The notes beneath the pieces are model-generated. The model was not told the DNA's origin. It did not search any database and worked only from the letters and a program-made list of their open reading frames with translations. 64,000 nt of DNA, taken from the NCBI GenBank assembly GCA_963708295.1, contig CAVPSJ010000017.1:384001-448000 (forward strand), read 5' to 3'. This DNA comes from an uncultured delta proteobacterium. GTDB lineage: Bacteria > Desulfobacterota > BSN033 > UBA1163. Made by a program: the position numbers and the translations under genes. How positions within the stretch are numbered: position 1 is the stretch's first letter; each line of letters begins with the position of its first letter. Shown here one piece after another: positions 54,546 through 64,000 of the stretch.

Positions 54546-57221
54546 CTAGTGTACTTCTGCCCAGTTTTTTCCCGTATGGATGGAGACCTTGAGCGGGACA
54601 GAGAGGTTCATCACGGTTTCCATTTCATTCCGGATCATGGGGATGGCTTTTGGGAGTTCCTCTTCAGGAACCTCGAAGACCAATTCGTCGTGAACCTGCA
54701 TCATCATCCTGCTGGAGAGACCGAGTTCTTCCATCCGGTTCTGGATGCGGATCATCGAGACCTTGATCACATCTGCAGCTGTCCCCTGGAGAGGCGTATT
54801 GACGGCCATCCTCTCTGTCGCCTGCCGGATGGCAACGGTTGGGGAGTGAATGTCCGGTAGATAGCGACGACGATTCAAGAGGGTCGTCACATATCCTTTC
54901 TGCCTCGCCTCTTCCAGTGTCTTCTCGGTATAGGTTTGAACTCCTGTATATTTGTTGAAGTATTCATCAATATAAGCCTGGGCGATCTTGGGCTCGATCC
55001 CGAGCTGTTGGGAGAGACCATAAGCACTCATCCCATAGAGAATGCCGAAGTTGATCACCTTGGCCTCTCTCCTCATCGCAGGCGTCACCTTCTCCATCGG
55101 GGTGCCGAAGATCTCTGAAGCCGTTCGGGCATGAATGTCTTCATCATTTTGGAAGGCCCGGGTGAGCGTTTCGTCCCGGGAGAGGTGGGCGAGAATTCTT
55201 AATTCGATCTGGGAGTAGTCGGCGGAGACGATGGACCATCCTTTTTCTGTCACGAAGGCTTGGCGAATCCGGTTTCCCTCCTCGGCGCGGACAGGAATAT
55301 TCTGAAGATTAGGATCACTCGAGGAGAGCCGTCCTGTGGCCGTCACGGTTTGATTATAAGAAGTATGGATGCGGCCCGTTTTTGGATGAACGAGTTTAGG
55401 AAAGGCATCGACATAGGTCGATTTCAGTTTGCTCAGGTTGCGATAACCCAGAATCTCGAGGGGAAGGTCATGGTGGAGAGAGAGTTTGGTCAGCACATCC
55501 ACGTCCGTGGAGTAGCCGGTCTTTGTTTTCTTAACGACAGGGAGCTTCAGTTTATCAAAGAGGATTTTTCCAAGTTGCTGGGAGGAGTTGATGTTGAAGA
55601 CCTCGCCCGCTAAACCGTAGATTCGTTCGATCTTCTGCTGAAGCTGGGTTTCGATCTCCTTGGAATACTCCCGGAGAAGATCCAGGTCGATCTTAACTCC
55701 GTTGATCTCCATTTTTGCCAAGACCAGGACGAGGGGCATCTCCACCTGGTCAAAGAGATCGGTGAAGCCTTCCTCTTTCAACTTTGGGAAGAGGAGGCGG
55801 GAAAGTTGGAACGTGACATCGGCATGCTCACCGCTGTAATCCCGTGCTCTTTCTAATTCAATCTGGTCAAAAGTGACAGCCTTCTGCCCGGTTCCCACTA
55901 CTTCTCCGTGCTCCGTGACAGATCGGTCCAGATATTCTCGGGCAATCTCACTCAAGGTGTGATTATGTTTCGTTGGGTTGAGGAGGTAGGAAGCGATCAT
56001 CGTATCCCCCTCTATCCCTTGCAGGTGAATTCCGTATCGCTTGAGAACGATCCATCCGTACTTAATGTTCTGGCCGACCTTCTTCATTCCGCTATCTTCC
56101 AAAATAGGTTTCAGCTGTTCCAACACCGAGGGCAGAGGCAACTGCCGGCCCCCCCCCTGATGTCGGTGCCCGACGGGAATGTAGAAGGCCTGATGGGGGG
56201 TGTAGGAGAGACTGATTCCCACCAGATCTGCCCACATGGGATAGGGGGATGTGGTTTCAAGATCGAGGGATAGGGATGGGGCTTTTTTCAAATCCTCCAA
56301 TAAGGCGAGGAGTTCATCCTGATGGGTGACCAGGCGATAGTCCCTGGTGGCGGGCAGAGGACCCTTTTCGTCAAGGAGTTCTTTCAAGAGTTTGGTGAAC
56401 TCCAACTCCTTAAAGATCTCCCTCAGACTCTTCAAATCAGGAGGGGAAATAGAAAAATCCTTCAGCTGAAAATCGACGGGCACATCGATATGGATCGTTG
56501 CCAGTTTTCGACTGAGGCGAGCGAGGTCTCCATGGGTCTTCAGATTCTCTTTCAATTTCTTCTGGGGGATTTCTTCGACGTGGGCCAGAAGATGATCAAT
56601 GGTTCCGTACGCCTTGATCAATTGGAGCGCCGTCTTTTCTCCAATCCCCGGAATGCCCGGGATGTTGTCAATGGCATCTCCCGCCAGCCCCATCACTTCG
56701 ACCATCTGTTCAGGAGAAACGCCGAAGCGTTCCATCACTTCTTCTACCCCGAAGGTTTTCTCCTTCATGCCGTCGTAGACCTGAATCCGGTCACTGACCA
56801 GCTGAAGGAGGTCTTTGTCACCCGTGACGATCACGACATCGGCCTCAGACTCAAGCCTTTTGGCCACGGTCCCGATGAGATCATCCGCCTCGTATCCGTC
56901 CCTCTCCAACAGGGCAATTCGGTATCCTTCGATGATCTTCTTGACGTAAGGAATCTGGGGGGAAAGGCTTTCTGGCATGGCGGGTCGGTTGGCTTTGTAT
57001 TCTTTGTAGACCTCGCTCCGAAAGGTGGGAGCCTTCGAATCGAAGATCACCGCAAGATAATCCGGCCGATGATCCTTGAGTACCTTGAGGAGCATCTGGA
57101 CGAAGCCAAATGTCGCATTGGTGGGAAGTCCTTTCGAATTAGAGAGATGACGGATGGCATAGAATGCCCGGTAGAGATAAGAGGAACCGTCAATCAAAAA
57201 GAGTCTAGGACGATTTGACAT
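54546..57221 (-). CDS. polA: DNA polymerase I
   Basis: IDGSSYLYRAFYA, YEADD, TGRLSSSDPNLQNIP, DYSQIELR, QVHDEL. Confidence 0.98.
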   Translation of the reverse strand: MSNRPRLFLIDGSSYLYRAFYAIRHLSNSKGLPTNATFGFVQMLLKVLKDHRPDYLAVIFDSKAPTFRSEVYKEYKANRPAMPESLSPQIPYVKKIIEGYRIALLERDGYEADDLIGTVAKRLESEADVVIVTGDKDLLQLVSDRIQVYDGMKEKTFGVEEVMERFGVSPEQMVEVMGLAGDAIDNIPGIPGIGEKTALQLIKAYGTIDHLLAHVEEIPQKKLKENLKTHGDLARLSRKLATIHIDVPVDFQLKDFSISPPDLKSLREIFKELEFTKLLKELLDEKGPLPATRDYRLVTHQDELLALLEDLKKAPSLSLDLETTSPYPMWADLVGISLSYTPHQAFYIPVGHRHQGGGRQLPLPSVLEQLKPILEDSGMKKVGQNIKYGWIVLKRYGIHLQGIEGDTMIASYLLNPTKHNHTLSEIAREYLDRSVTEHGEVVGTGQKAVTFDQIELERARDYSGEHADVTFQLSRLLFPKLKEEGFTDLFDQVEMPLVLVLAKMEINGVKIDLDLLREYSKEIETQLQQKIERIYGLAGEVFNINSSQQLGKILFDKLKLPVVKKTKTGYSTDVDVLTKLSLHHDLPLEILGYRNLSKLKSTYVDAFPKLVHPKTGRIHTSYNQTVTATGRLSSSDPNLQNIPVRAEEGNRIRQAFVTEKGWSIVSADYSQIELRILAHLSRDETLTRAFQNDEDIHARTASEIFGTPMEKVTPAMRREAKVINFGILYGMSAYGLSQQLGIEPKIAQAYIDEYFNKYTGVQTYTEKTLEEARQKGYVTTLLNRRRYLPDIHSPTVAIRQATERMAVNTPLQGTAADVIKVSMIRIQNRMEELGLSSRMMMQVHDELVFEVPEEELPKAIPMIRNEMETVMNLSVPLKVSIHTGKNWAEVH

Positions 57222-57235
57222 AATAATAATGATAA

Positions 57236-57372
57236 GCACCAAATCACAAATTCCAAATAACAAACAATTCCCAATGACCTAACCTTAGAGAATCAAACGA
57301 ACTGGTTTCGGTCATTTGATATTGGTGTTTGGAATTTATTTGGGATTTTGGATTTGGGATTTGGAATTTGAG
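57236..57372. repeat. Heptamer-rich imperfect inverted repeat
   Basis: AAATCAC/AAATTCC/AAATAAC units versus TTTGGGA/TTTGGAA units; ATGACC/GGTCAT inner pair. Confidence 0.65.
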
Positions 57373-57411
57373 ATAGATCGTTGGGATCATTTCCCTTGCA
57401 ACCTCAGAGGG

Positions 57412-58329
57412 TCAGGAGATATTCGCGTGAACTTGATTTCCGCCGGAATTCTTCGCATGGTACATCGCATCATCCGCAGATTTGACGAACCCCTCCAGGT
57501 CGAAGGGGTCCCTGAACTCGGAGAGACCAATGCTGACCGTGATCTGATGGGATTTGGCCTGCTCGATGGACGTGCGGATCCGTTCCGCAATGGTCATGGC
57601 CCGATCCGCGGAGGCTCCGATCAGGAGGACGGTAAACTCGTCCCCTCCGTAGCGATAACCCGTATCGACGTTCGATCGGATGGAGTTCTTGACGATCTCC
57701 CCGACCGTCTTCAGGACCTTATCCCCTTCCAAATGACCATAGAGATCATTGTACTTCTTGAAATTGTCAAGATCGAACATCAAAAGGGAGAGAGAGGTTT
57801 TTTGACGCTTTAGACGAGCCAACTCGGCTTCCAACGTTTTGAAGAAATGGCGATGGTTATAAAGTCCGGTTAAATCATCGGTAATCGAGAGCCTTCTGAC
57901 TTCCTCTTCCAGATCTTCTTTCTCCCGCAGGATTTTGTACTGTTCCACACACTGGTTGACGGTGTGGATCAGGTGCTCATTCTCAAAGGGTTTCGTCAAG
58001 AAGTCAAAAGCCCCTTCCTTGAGCGCGTAAATGGCGTTTTCCACGGTTGCAAAGGCCGTCAGCACGATGATGCATTGATGAGGGTGGTTGCTTCGAATTT
58101 GTCTCAAAGCCTCGGTGCCGTCCATTCCCGGAAGATTGATATCCATCAAGACCACGTCGGGTCTCTCCTCTTCGACCTTCTTCACCCCTTCCTCACCGGT
58201 CGAGGCCACCCGGACGTCGTATCCTTCATAACGGAGGAGCTTTTGGATGATTTCCAAGGTATCGGGGGCGTCATCAACGACGAGGACTTTCCCTTTTATT
58301 TCCTTTTCAGGGATGATTGAGCTTTTCAT
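57412..58329 (-). CDS. Response regulator diguanylate cyclase
   Basis: Receiver (VVDD, MDINLP, KP) plus YGGDEF. Confidence 0.95.
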   Translation of the reverse strand: MKSSIIPEKEIKGKVLVVDDAPDTLEIIQKLLRYEGYDVRVASTGEEGVKKVEEERPDVVLMDINLPGMDGTEALRQIRSNHPHQCIIVLTAFATVENAIYALKEGAFDFLTKPFENEHLIHTVNQCVEQYKILREKEDLEEEVRRLSITDDLTGLYNHRHFFKTLEAELARLKRQKTSLSLLMFDLDNFKKYNDLYGHLEGDKVLKTVGEIVKNSIRSNVDTGYRYGGDEFTVLLIGASADRAMTIAERIRTSIEQAKSHQITVSIGLSEFRDPFDLEGFVKSADDAMYHAKNSGGNQVHANIS

Positions 58330-59192
58330 CTTGGTTCTCCCGCAGAGAGCGGAAGGGTAAAATAGAAGGCGGAACCCTTTCCCAGTTGAGACTCCACCCA
58401 GATATTTCCGCCTTGTTCTTCAACCAGCCGCTTGGCAATGGCCAGCCCCAAGCCTGTTCCGCCGTATTTGCCGCCTTCCACCTGGTAGAACTCGTCGAAG
58501 ATCATCTGCAATTTATCTTCCGGGATACCTACCCCCGAATCTTTGATCTCAAAAAGAATCGATCGGTCCTGTCGGGAGGCGAGAACCGAGACCTGGCCTC
58601 CGTCGGGAGTGAATTTGAATGCGTTGGAAAGGAGATTAATGAAGATATCATGGAGGGCATTTCTGTCCGCGTAGACGGGGAGGTCCTGTGAAATCCCCAC
58701 CTGAACAGAAAGATGCTTTTCCACGGGAGTCACCTCGCTGATATATCCTCCGATCACCTCGGCGACCAGAATCGGCTCTCGATTGAAGAAAAGCCGGTTG
58801 GATTTCATCCGACTCAAATCCAGCATTTGATCCATTCTCATTTGGATTCGATTGGTATTCCTCTGGATTGTGACGAGGTAGGATTTCAGATTTTCGGGGA
58901 TCTTCCCTTCTTTCTCGGAAAGGATGAAGTCGATATTGGCCTTGATGGCCGTGAGGGGAGTCTTCAATTCATGGGAGGCGATCCCGATGAATTTCATGTT
59001 GTTTTCATCCATTTCCCTTAACTCCCGGGTGACCATTTCCAATTCCCTCTTGGCGTCCTGGAGTTCCCCGATCATCTTCAGGGCCGAAATCTTGGTCGAA
59101 TCCAGTTCCAAAATGCTCGCCTCCAGCTGCTTCGTTCGTTCCTCTAATTTTCTCTCCAGATCACTTCTGGGTTTTTTCAACGGGTGGGTCAT
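58326..59192 (-). CDS. Cytoplasmic sensor histidine kinase
   Basis: [26 protein letters not shown]; start moved to MTHPL to reduce overlap with upstream gene. Confidence 0.92.
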   Translation of the reverse strand: MTHPLKKPRSDLERKLEERTKQLEASILELDSTKISALKMIGELQDAKRELEMVTRELREMDENNMKFIGIASHELKTPLTAIKANIDFILSEKEGKIPENLKSYLVTIQRNTNRIQMRMDQMLDLSRMKSNRLFFNREPILVAEVIGGYISEVTPVEKHLSVQVGISQDLPVYADRNALHDIFINLLSNAFKFTPDGGQVSVLASRQDRSILFEIKDSGVGIPEDKLQMIFDEFYQVEGGKYGGTGLGLAIAKRLVEEQGGNIWVESQLGKGSAFYFTLPLSAGEPR

Positions 59193-59226
59193 TGGGTTGA
59201 AGGCCCTCGCCAGCTCTCCGGTGTAC

Positions 59227-60255
59227 TTAAATCGGCTCGTAAATGCAATAGGGTTCTTCGGCCATGTATTCCCCCGAGAGTTCATAGGCCCGCGCCCGGC
59301 AGCCTCCGCAGACTTTTCTGAACTCACACCTTCCGCATTTTCCCCGGTAGCCATCCGTATCGCGAAGATTTTGGAAAACTTCTGATTTCATCCAGATCTC
59401 CCGGAACGGCTGTTCTCTTACATTTCCACAGTTCAATTCGAGATAGCCACAGGGTTGAACCTGACCGACATGCGAGATGAAACAGAAAGAGATGCCGCCC
59501 AGACATCCCCGGGTCATGGCATCCAATCCATGGGTTTTCGGGGTGACCTTTTTCCCCTCTTTTTTCGCCTGTTGTCGTACGATGCGATAATAGTGAGGAG
59601 CACAGGTTGCTTTCAGTTGAAGAGGAACCTTGTCGACCTGATCGTAAAACCAGTGAAGGGTTTTCTCATAATCGAGCGCAGAGATTTCCTGATCTTTGAG
59701 CTCCTTTCCCCTCCCCGTCGGGACCAGAAGGAAGATGTGAAGCGCGACGGCCCCCAGACGGACAGCCAAACGGAGGATCTCCGGGATCAGGTGGAGATTG
59801 ACCTGGGTAATGGTGGTGTTGATCTGGAATTCGACGCCCCCTTTCTTGGCCATCTCGATTCCTCGAAGGGAGCCTTCAAAAGACCCGCTTACTTTTCGAA
59901 AGGCATCGTGGGTCTCCGCGGTTGGGCCATCAATACTGATGCTGATCCGCTGAATTCCCGAAGATCTCATCTTCTGTATGATTTCTTCGTTGAACAAGGT
60001 CCCGTTTGTTGCCATGACCATTCGGAACCCTTTTCCTGTTCCATAGGAGGCCAGTTCGAAGATATCCGGCCGAAGCAGAGGTTCTCCCCCGGTCAGGATG
60101 ATGACGGGCTTGCTGAAAGAGGCAATGTCGTCCATCACCCTGAAAACCTCCTGCGTTGAAAGTTCTCCTTCATACGGGCCAAACGCTGCAGAAGCACGAC
60201 AATGAACACAGGCGAGATTGCAGCTCCGGGTCAACTCCCAGGCAATCATCCTCAA
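59227..60255 (-). CDS. ahbD: Radical SAM heme b synthase (start uncertain)
   Basis: [35 protein letters not shown] cysteines; adjacent to hemB. Confidence 0.88.
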   Translation of the reverse strand: MRMIAWELTRSCNLACVHCRASAAFGPYEGELSTQEVFRVMDDIASFSKPVIILTGGEPLLRPDIFELASYGTGKGFRMVMATNGTLFNEEIIQKMRSSGIQRISISIDGPTAETHDAFRKVSGSFEGSLRGIEMAKKGGVEFQINTTITQVNLHLIPEILRLAVRLGAVALHIFLLVPTGRGKELKDQEISALDYEKTLHWFYDQVDKVPLQLKATCAPHYYRIVRQQAKKEGKKVTPKTHGLDAMTRGCLGGISFCFISHVGQVQPCGYLELNCGNVREQPFREIWMKSEVFQNLRDTDGYRGKCGRCEFRKVCGGCRARAYELSGEYMAEEPYCIYEPI

Positions 60256-60344
60256 GGGGGGCTCATCCGCTCGGAGTTCGCCGGCCTGCCGGACATTCAG
60301 GGAGTTCGGAGTTTTTGGTCTTTTGATCTTTTGTTTTTAACTCA

Positions 60345-61337
60345 TCACTCATCATTACTTTCGACTTTCCAATTTTCGTGGCGAGCCTCTTTGGCAAAAT
60401 AGGTGAGGATCAAATCCGCGCCCGCTCTTTTGATGGAGGTGAGAGATTCCATCATGACCTGCTCCCCATCCACCCATCCGAGTTGGGAGGCCGCCTTCAC
60501 CAACGCGAATTCACCGCTGACATTGTAAGCCGCTACAGGTATGTTGAATGCTTGTTTCACTCGATAGATGATATCCAGGTAGGGGAGGGCGGGCTTGACC
60601 ATGACGATATCGGCGCCTTCTTCAATGTCGAGCCGAACCTCTCTCAGGGCCTCATCTCCATTCGATGGGTCCATTTGGTAGGATTTCCGGTCACCAAACT
60701 GGGGTTTCGATTCAGCAGCCACCCGGAAGGGGCCGTAAAAGCTTGAAGCATATTTTGCGGAATAGGCCATGATGGGAATGTCCTCGAATTGATTTTCGTC
60801 AAGAATATTCCGGATGGCTCCCACCCTTCCATCCATCATATCAGACGGCGCAACAATATCGGCCCCTGCCCTGGCGTGGGAGAGGGCTTGACGGCCGAGG
60901 AGATCGAGTGTTTCGTCGTTCAAAATTCTCCCTCCCTCGACCACACCGCAGTGGCCATGACTGGTATATTCGCAGAGGCAGACATCCGTGATAATGAGAA
61001 TCCCGTCCACCTTTTCTTTCAGCTGTTTCACAGCCCTTTGAATGATCCCGTTTTCAGCGTAGGCCTCCGACCCCAGTTCATCCTTTTTTTCCGGGATGCC
61101 AAAGAGCATGACACCCAAGATCCCCAAGGATTTAGCCTCCTTCACCTGTTTGACCAGGAGATCAACAGAGAACTGAAAATGTCCGGGCATGGAGGAAATG
61201 GGTTGTCTTGACCCTTTTCCACCACGGACAAAAAGGGGAAGGATGAGGTTGTCAGGCCGGAGGTGGGTTTCTCGGATGATTTTCCGAAATAGATCGTCTT
61301 TTCTTAACCTTCTTAGTCGATACTGGGGAAACTTCAT
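60345..61337 (-). CDS. hemB: Porphobilinogen synthase
   Basis: [34 protein letters not shown]. Confidence 0.97.
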   Translation of the reverse strand: MKFPQYRLRRLRKDDLFRKIIRETHLRPDNLILPLFVRGGKGSRQPISSMPGHFQFSVDLLVKQVKEAKSLGILGVMLFGIPEKKDELGSEAYAENGIIQRAVKQLKEKVDGILIITDVCLCEYTSHGHCGVVEGGRILNDETLDLLGRQALSHARAGADIVAPSDMMDGRVGAIRNILDENQFEDIPIMAYSAKYASSFYGPFRVAAESKPQFGDRKSYQMDPSNGDEALREVRLDIEEGADIVMVKPALPYLDIIYRVKQAFNIPVAAYNVSGEFALVKAASQLGWVDGEQVMMESLTSIKRAGADLILTYFAKEARHENWKVESNDE

Positions 61338-61580
61338 TGGGCCTCCTTTCCCCCGTTAGAAAGCCCCGCTGCCTGCAGCGGGGATGAAGCCTGTTATCTC
61401 TAAACGGGGCGAACAGGGTTTAATGCCGCGCGTGGGCCTTCCCGTTAGAGACTATCTATGGGGGTTTCAGTTGATCTTCTTCTTTTTTTACAATATTTTA
61501 AGCTAATTGTCTATAAACGGAGTGAACTGGAATATTTTAAAACCACCGGATATCTTATATAATTCTCCCGAGAGGCAACC

Positions 61581-62726
61581 ATGATCATTCGAGGGAAAAT
61601 TCCGGGGACGAAGTACGCCCTGGACATCGTCGTTGAGAAAGGGACGATCGTCCGGATGGTCCCTTCTCAAACAGGATCTCACTTTGATTTTGGCGGCACG
61701 GACCTTTATGCTTGTTCAGGTTTTTTCGATCCCCAGGTGAATGGGTTTGCCGGGGTGGACTTCAATAGTTCCCGTCTCACTCCTGAAGGGCTTCATCGGG
61801 CAGCCCTCTCTCTGGCTTCCACCGGGGTCACACGTTTTCTTCCCACCCTCATCACCTCCTCCCATGAGAGGATGCTTTGCCAGTTGAAAATCGTGGCAGG
61901 CGCTTTAAGGAAGGACTCTCTTCTCCAAAAAATGTGTCTCGGAATCCACCTCGAAGGACCCTATATTTCTTCTGAAGAGGGACCCCGGGGAGCTCACCTT
62001 CGGGAATTTGTTCGGCCGCCCCAATGGGAAGAATTGGAGAAGTTCCAGGAGGCATGCGAAGGCCGGATCAAATGTGTGACGTTAGCGCCGGAGGTGAAAG
62101 GAGCTATTCCTTTCATCGAAAAAGCGGTGACCCATGGGATTGTGATTGGCATCGGACACACCCATGCGACGGAAAAGGACCTGGAACAGGCTGTTCAAGC
62201 GGGAGCCCGCCTCTCCTGTCACCTCGGAAATGCTCCTTCCGCGCGTCTTCCTCGCTATCGGAATTTAATCGAAAGACAGTTGGTCACGGATCATCTGATG
62301 GCGAGTCTCATCGTCGATGGAATTCACCTCCCGCCTGATGTCGTGAAGAACTATGTTTGGGCAAAGGGAATCAATCGAATTGTCCTGACCACCGACGGTA
62401 TGGCCGGGGCGGGAGCCCCTCCGGGAAGATATACGTTGGGAGACCAAGAGGTGGAGGTGACCCCCGACCGGACAGCCCGGTCCGTAAGCACTTCTCGTCT
62501 GGCAGGCTCTACTCTGACCATGGACCGTGCAATCGCCAATGTGATTCTTTTTTCGGGGATTGATCTCGCTTCAGCGATTCGAATGGCGGCAAAAAATGGA
62601 CAGAAATTGTTTCCGGAAGTGAGAGGAGAAATGATTTCAGGAGCGTCTGCCGATCTGGTGCTGTTCGAATATCAAAAGGACCTGACCATCCGATCCACAT
62701 GGATCGAAGGAGAGAAGATATTCTAA
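61581..62726 (+). CDS. nagA: N-acetylglucosamine-6-phosphate deacetylase-like amidohydrolase
   Basis: DPQVNG, LPTLIT, HLEGP, TLAPE, GHT, HLGNA, DGIH, LAGS. Confidence 0.85.
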   Translation: MIIRGKIPGTKYALDIVVEKGTIVRMVPSQTGSHFDFGGTDLYACSGFFDPQVNGFAGVDFNSSRLTPEGLHRAALSLASTGVTRFLPTLITSSHERMLCQLKIVAGALRKDSLLQKMCLGIHLEGPYISSEEGPRGAHLREFVRPPQWEELEKFQEACEGRIKCVTLAPEVKGAIPFIEKAVTHGIVIGIGHTHATEKDLEQAVQAGARLSCHLGNAPSARLPRYRNLIERQLVTDHLMASLIVDGIHLPPDVVKNYVWAKGINRIVLTTDGMAGAGAPPGRYTLGDQEVEVTPDRTARSVSTSRLAGSTLTMDRAIANVILFSGIDLASAIRMAAKNGQKLFPEVRGEMISGASADLVLFEYQKDLTIRSTWIEGEKIF

Positions 62727-63014
62727 ACATGGGATACGATCGGGCAACCCCGCCGATCATTCGGTTCGTCTTGAAATATCTCATCCCCTTCTTTTTCAAG
62801 ACCACACTTCAAGCGGCACTCTTTACCAGTCTGTTGTGGGAAGTGTCAAAACAGATCTTTGGATAGGATGTCCTTCACCTTGGGAGATTTTCCGTCCTCC
62901 ACGGTTCTTTGAGCACTCTCGGCATTTTTTTCTCTGGGTTTACTATGCCTCCGTGATCCTCCTCCTGGGAGGGGAGGTCGCATTCTTGATAGAGAAAAAG
63001 AAGACTTGAAGGGT

Positions 63015-63872
63015 TCACTTCTCCCCTTTGCCCGGGACGGTAGGAGAGCGATAGGGAACCGGGATGAATTCCACCCCCGGGCGCTGCGGTTTGGCTTGAG
63101 GATAAAGTTCCATCAATTGATATATTTCATCCGGCATCTGGTCGCTGACCGGAAGCCCCATCGCCTTCGCCTCTTCAAAGTCTATCGGGTAATCGTGTGT
63201 CCAACGCCCCTCACTGAACATCATCGCCAATTCTGACGCCTTCTCAGGAGTCTGGTGTTCCAAGAGGAGCCTGTGGATGGTTTGATAGACTTGGGCGATG
63301 GCTTTCTTCGCGATATCTCCCTGGATGATCGTATGGTCGTCCCGATTCGGGTTGGGCTGTTCCAGGGCCTTGAGAATGGACGCAGCGGGATAATATCCGG
63401 CCTGAGGGCTCCCCAATTGCGGGTCAACAGGGCCCAAGACAGCATCGGGATCCATCACAATTTCATCCGCAGCAAGAGCGATCATCGTCCCGCCTGACAT
63501 CGCGTAGTGGGGGACAAAGACCGTGACTTTTCCCGGGTGACGTTTCAGGGCCGAGGCGATTTGTTCGGAGGCCAGGACCAGTCCTCCGGGCGTATGCAGG
63601 ACGAGGTCGATCGGCATATCGATGGGCGTCATGCGAATCGCTCGAAGGAGATGCTCCGAGTCTTCAATGTCAATGGAGCGGGCGATGGGAAAACCGAGAA
63701 AGCTCATGGTTTCCTGTCGATGGATCATCGTGATGACCCGGGACTGGCGGTATTTTTCTAAGTTTCGCATCATCCCCATGCGTTTGGCGGCTAGCAGGCG
63801 TTTCTGCAACAAGGGGATGAAGATCTGGATCAAGATAATGATCCACAGGATATTCAGGATGTTACTCATCAT
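63015..63872 (-). CDS. SDH/DUF114 family Clp-fold serine protease
   Basis: IHRQE, LHTPGG, AMSGGT, LGPVDPQ, WTHDYPI. Confidence 0.92.
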   Translation of the reverse strand: MMSNILNILWIIILIQIFIPLLQKRLLAAKRMGMMRNLEKYRQSRVITMIHRQETMSFLGFPIARSIDIEDSEHLLRAIRMTPIDMPIDLVLHTPGGLVLASEQIASALKRHPGKVTVFVPHYAMSGGTMIALAADEIVMDPDAVLGPVDPQLGSPQAGYYPAASILKALEQPNPNRDDHTIIQGDIAKKAIAQVYQTIHRLLLEHQTPEKASELAMMFSEGRWTHDYPIDFEEAKAMGLPVSDQMPDEIYQLMELYPQAKPQRPGVEFIPVPYRSPTVPGKGEK

Positions 63873-64000
63873 TTCACCTCCACGTGTCGTCGCTCATCAG
63901 CAGGGATAGAACGGTTTAACGAAGATTATATCCACAAATATGGATTTTGCAAATGGTGTTTATCCTGACCGGAACGTGCCCCGTCCCGCCAAAGCGGGAT

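Noticed and set aside
59193-59354. Long overlap of the kinase ORF with ahbD
   Set aside because: More simply an over-extended start; ATG at 59192 gives a normal gene

Overview
Chromosomal segment of an anaerobic bacterium. Gene content and order (rsmG-parA-parB-bactofilin-atp, ahbD-hemB, sigma54 two-component system) suggest Desulfobacterota/Deltaproteobacteria. Many genes, including essential ones, are split by single-base indels, most simply explained as uncorrected long-read errors. Core loci: gcvPA-lipB-lipA, a TRAP/TAXI transporter, an OFA-family MFS next to a probable GcvT-SHMT fusion, a complete F1Fo ATP synthase operon, parAB/rsmG, radA, polA, ahbD/hemB, nagA. Accessory content: a 7.6-18 kb patchwork (integrase remnant, IS21-like end, solitary attC-like sites, a repeated short coding element); a ~7.6 kb P-type ATPase/two-component block flanked by a 60-bp direct repeat of the SHMT 3' end; an integrase-less integron cassette cluster (3 attC, 2 cassettes); three type II TA loci; and many nested palindromic repeats. 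Most notable: the atp operon looks Dehalococcoidia-like yet sits at the deltaproteobacterial atp locus, and it carries an unlisted 46-aa membrane ORF and an apparent b-delta fusion. All family calls are by motif recognition; no searches were run.
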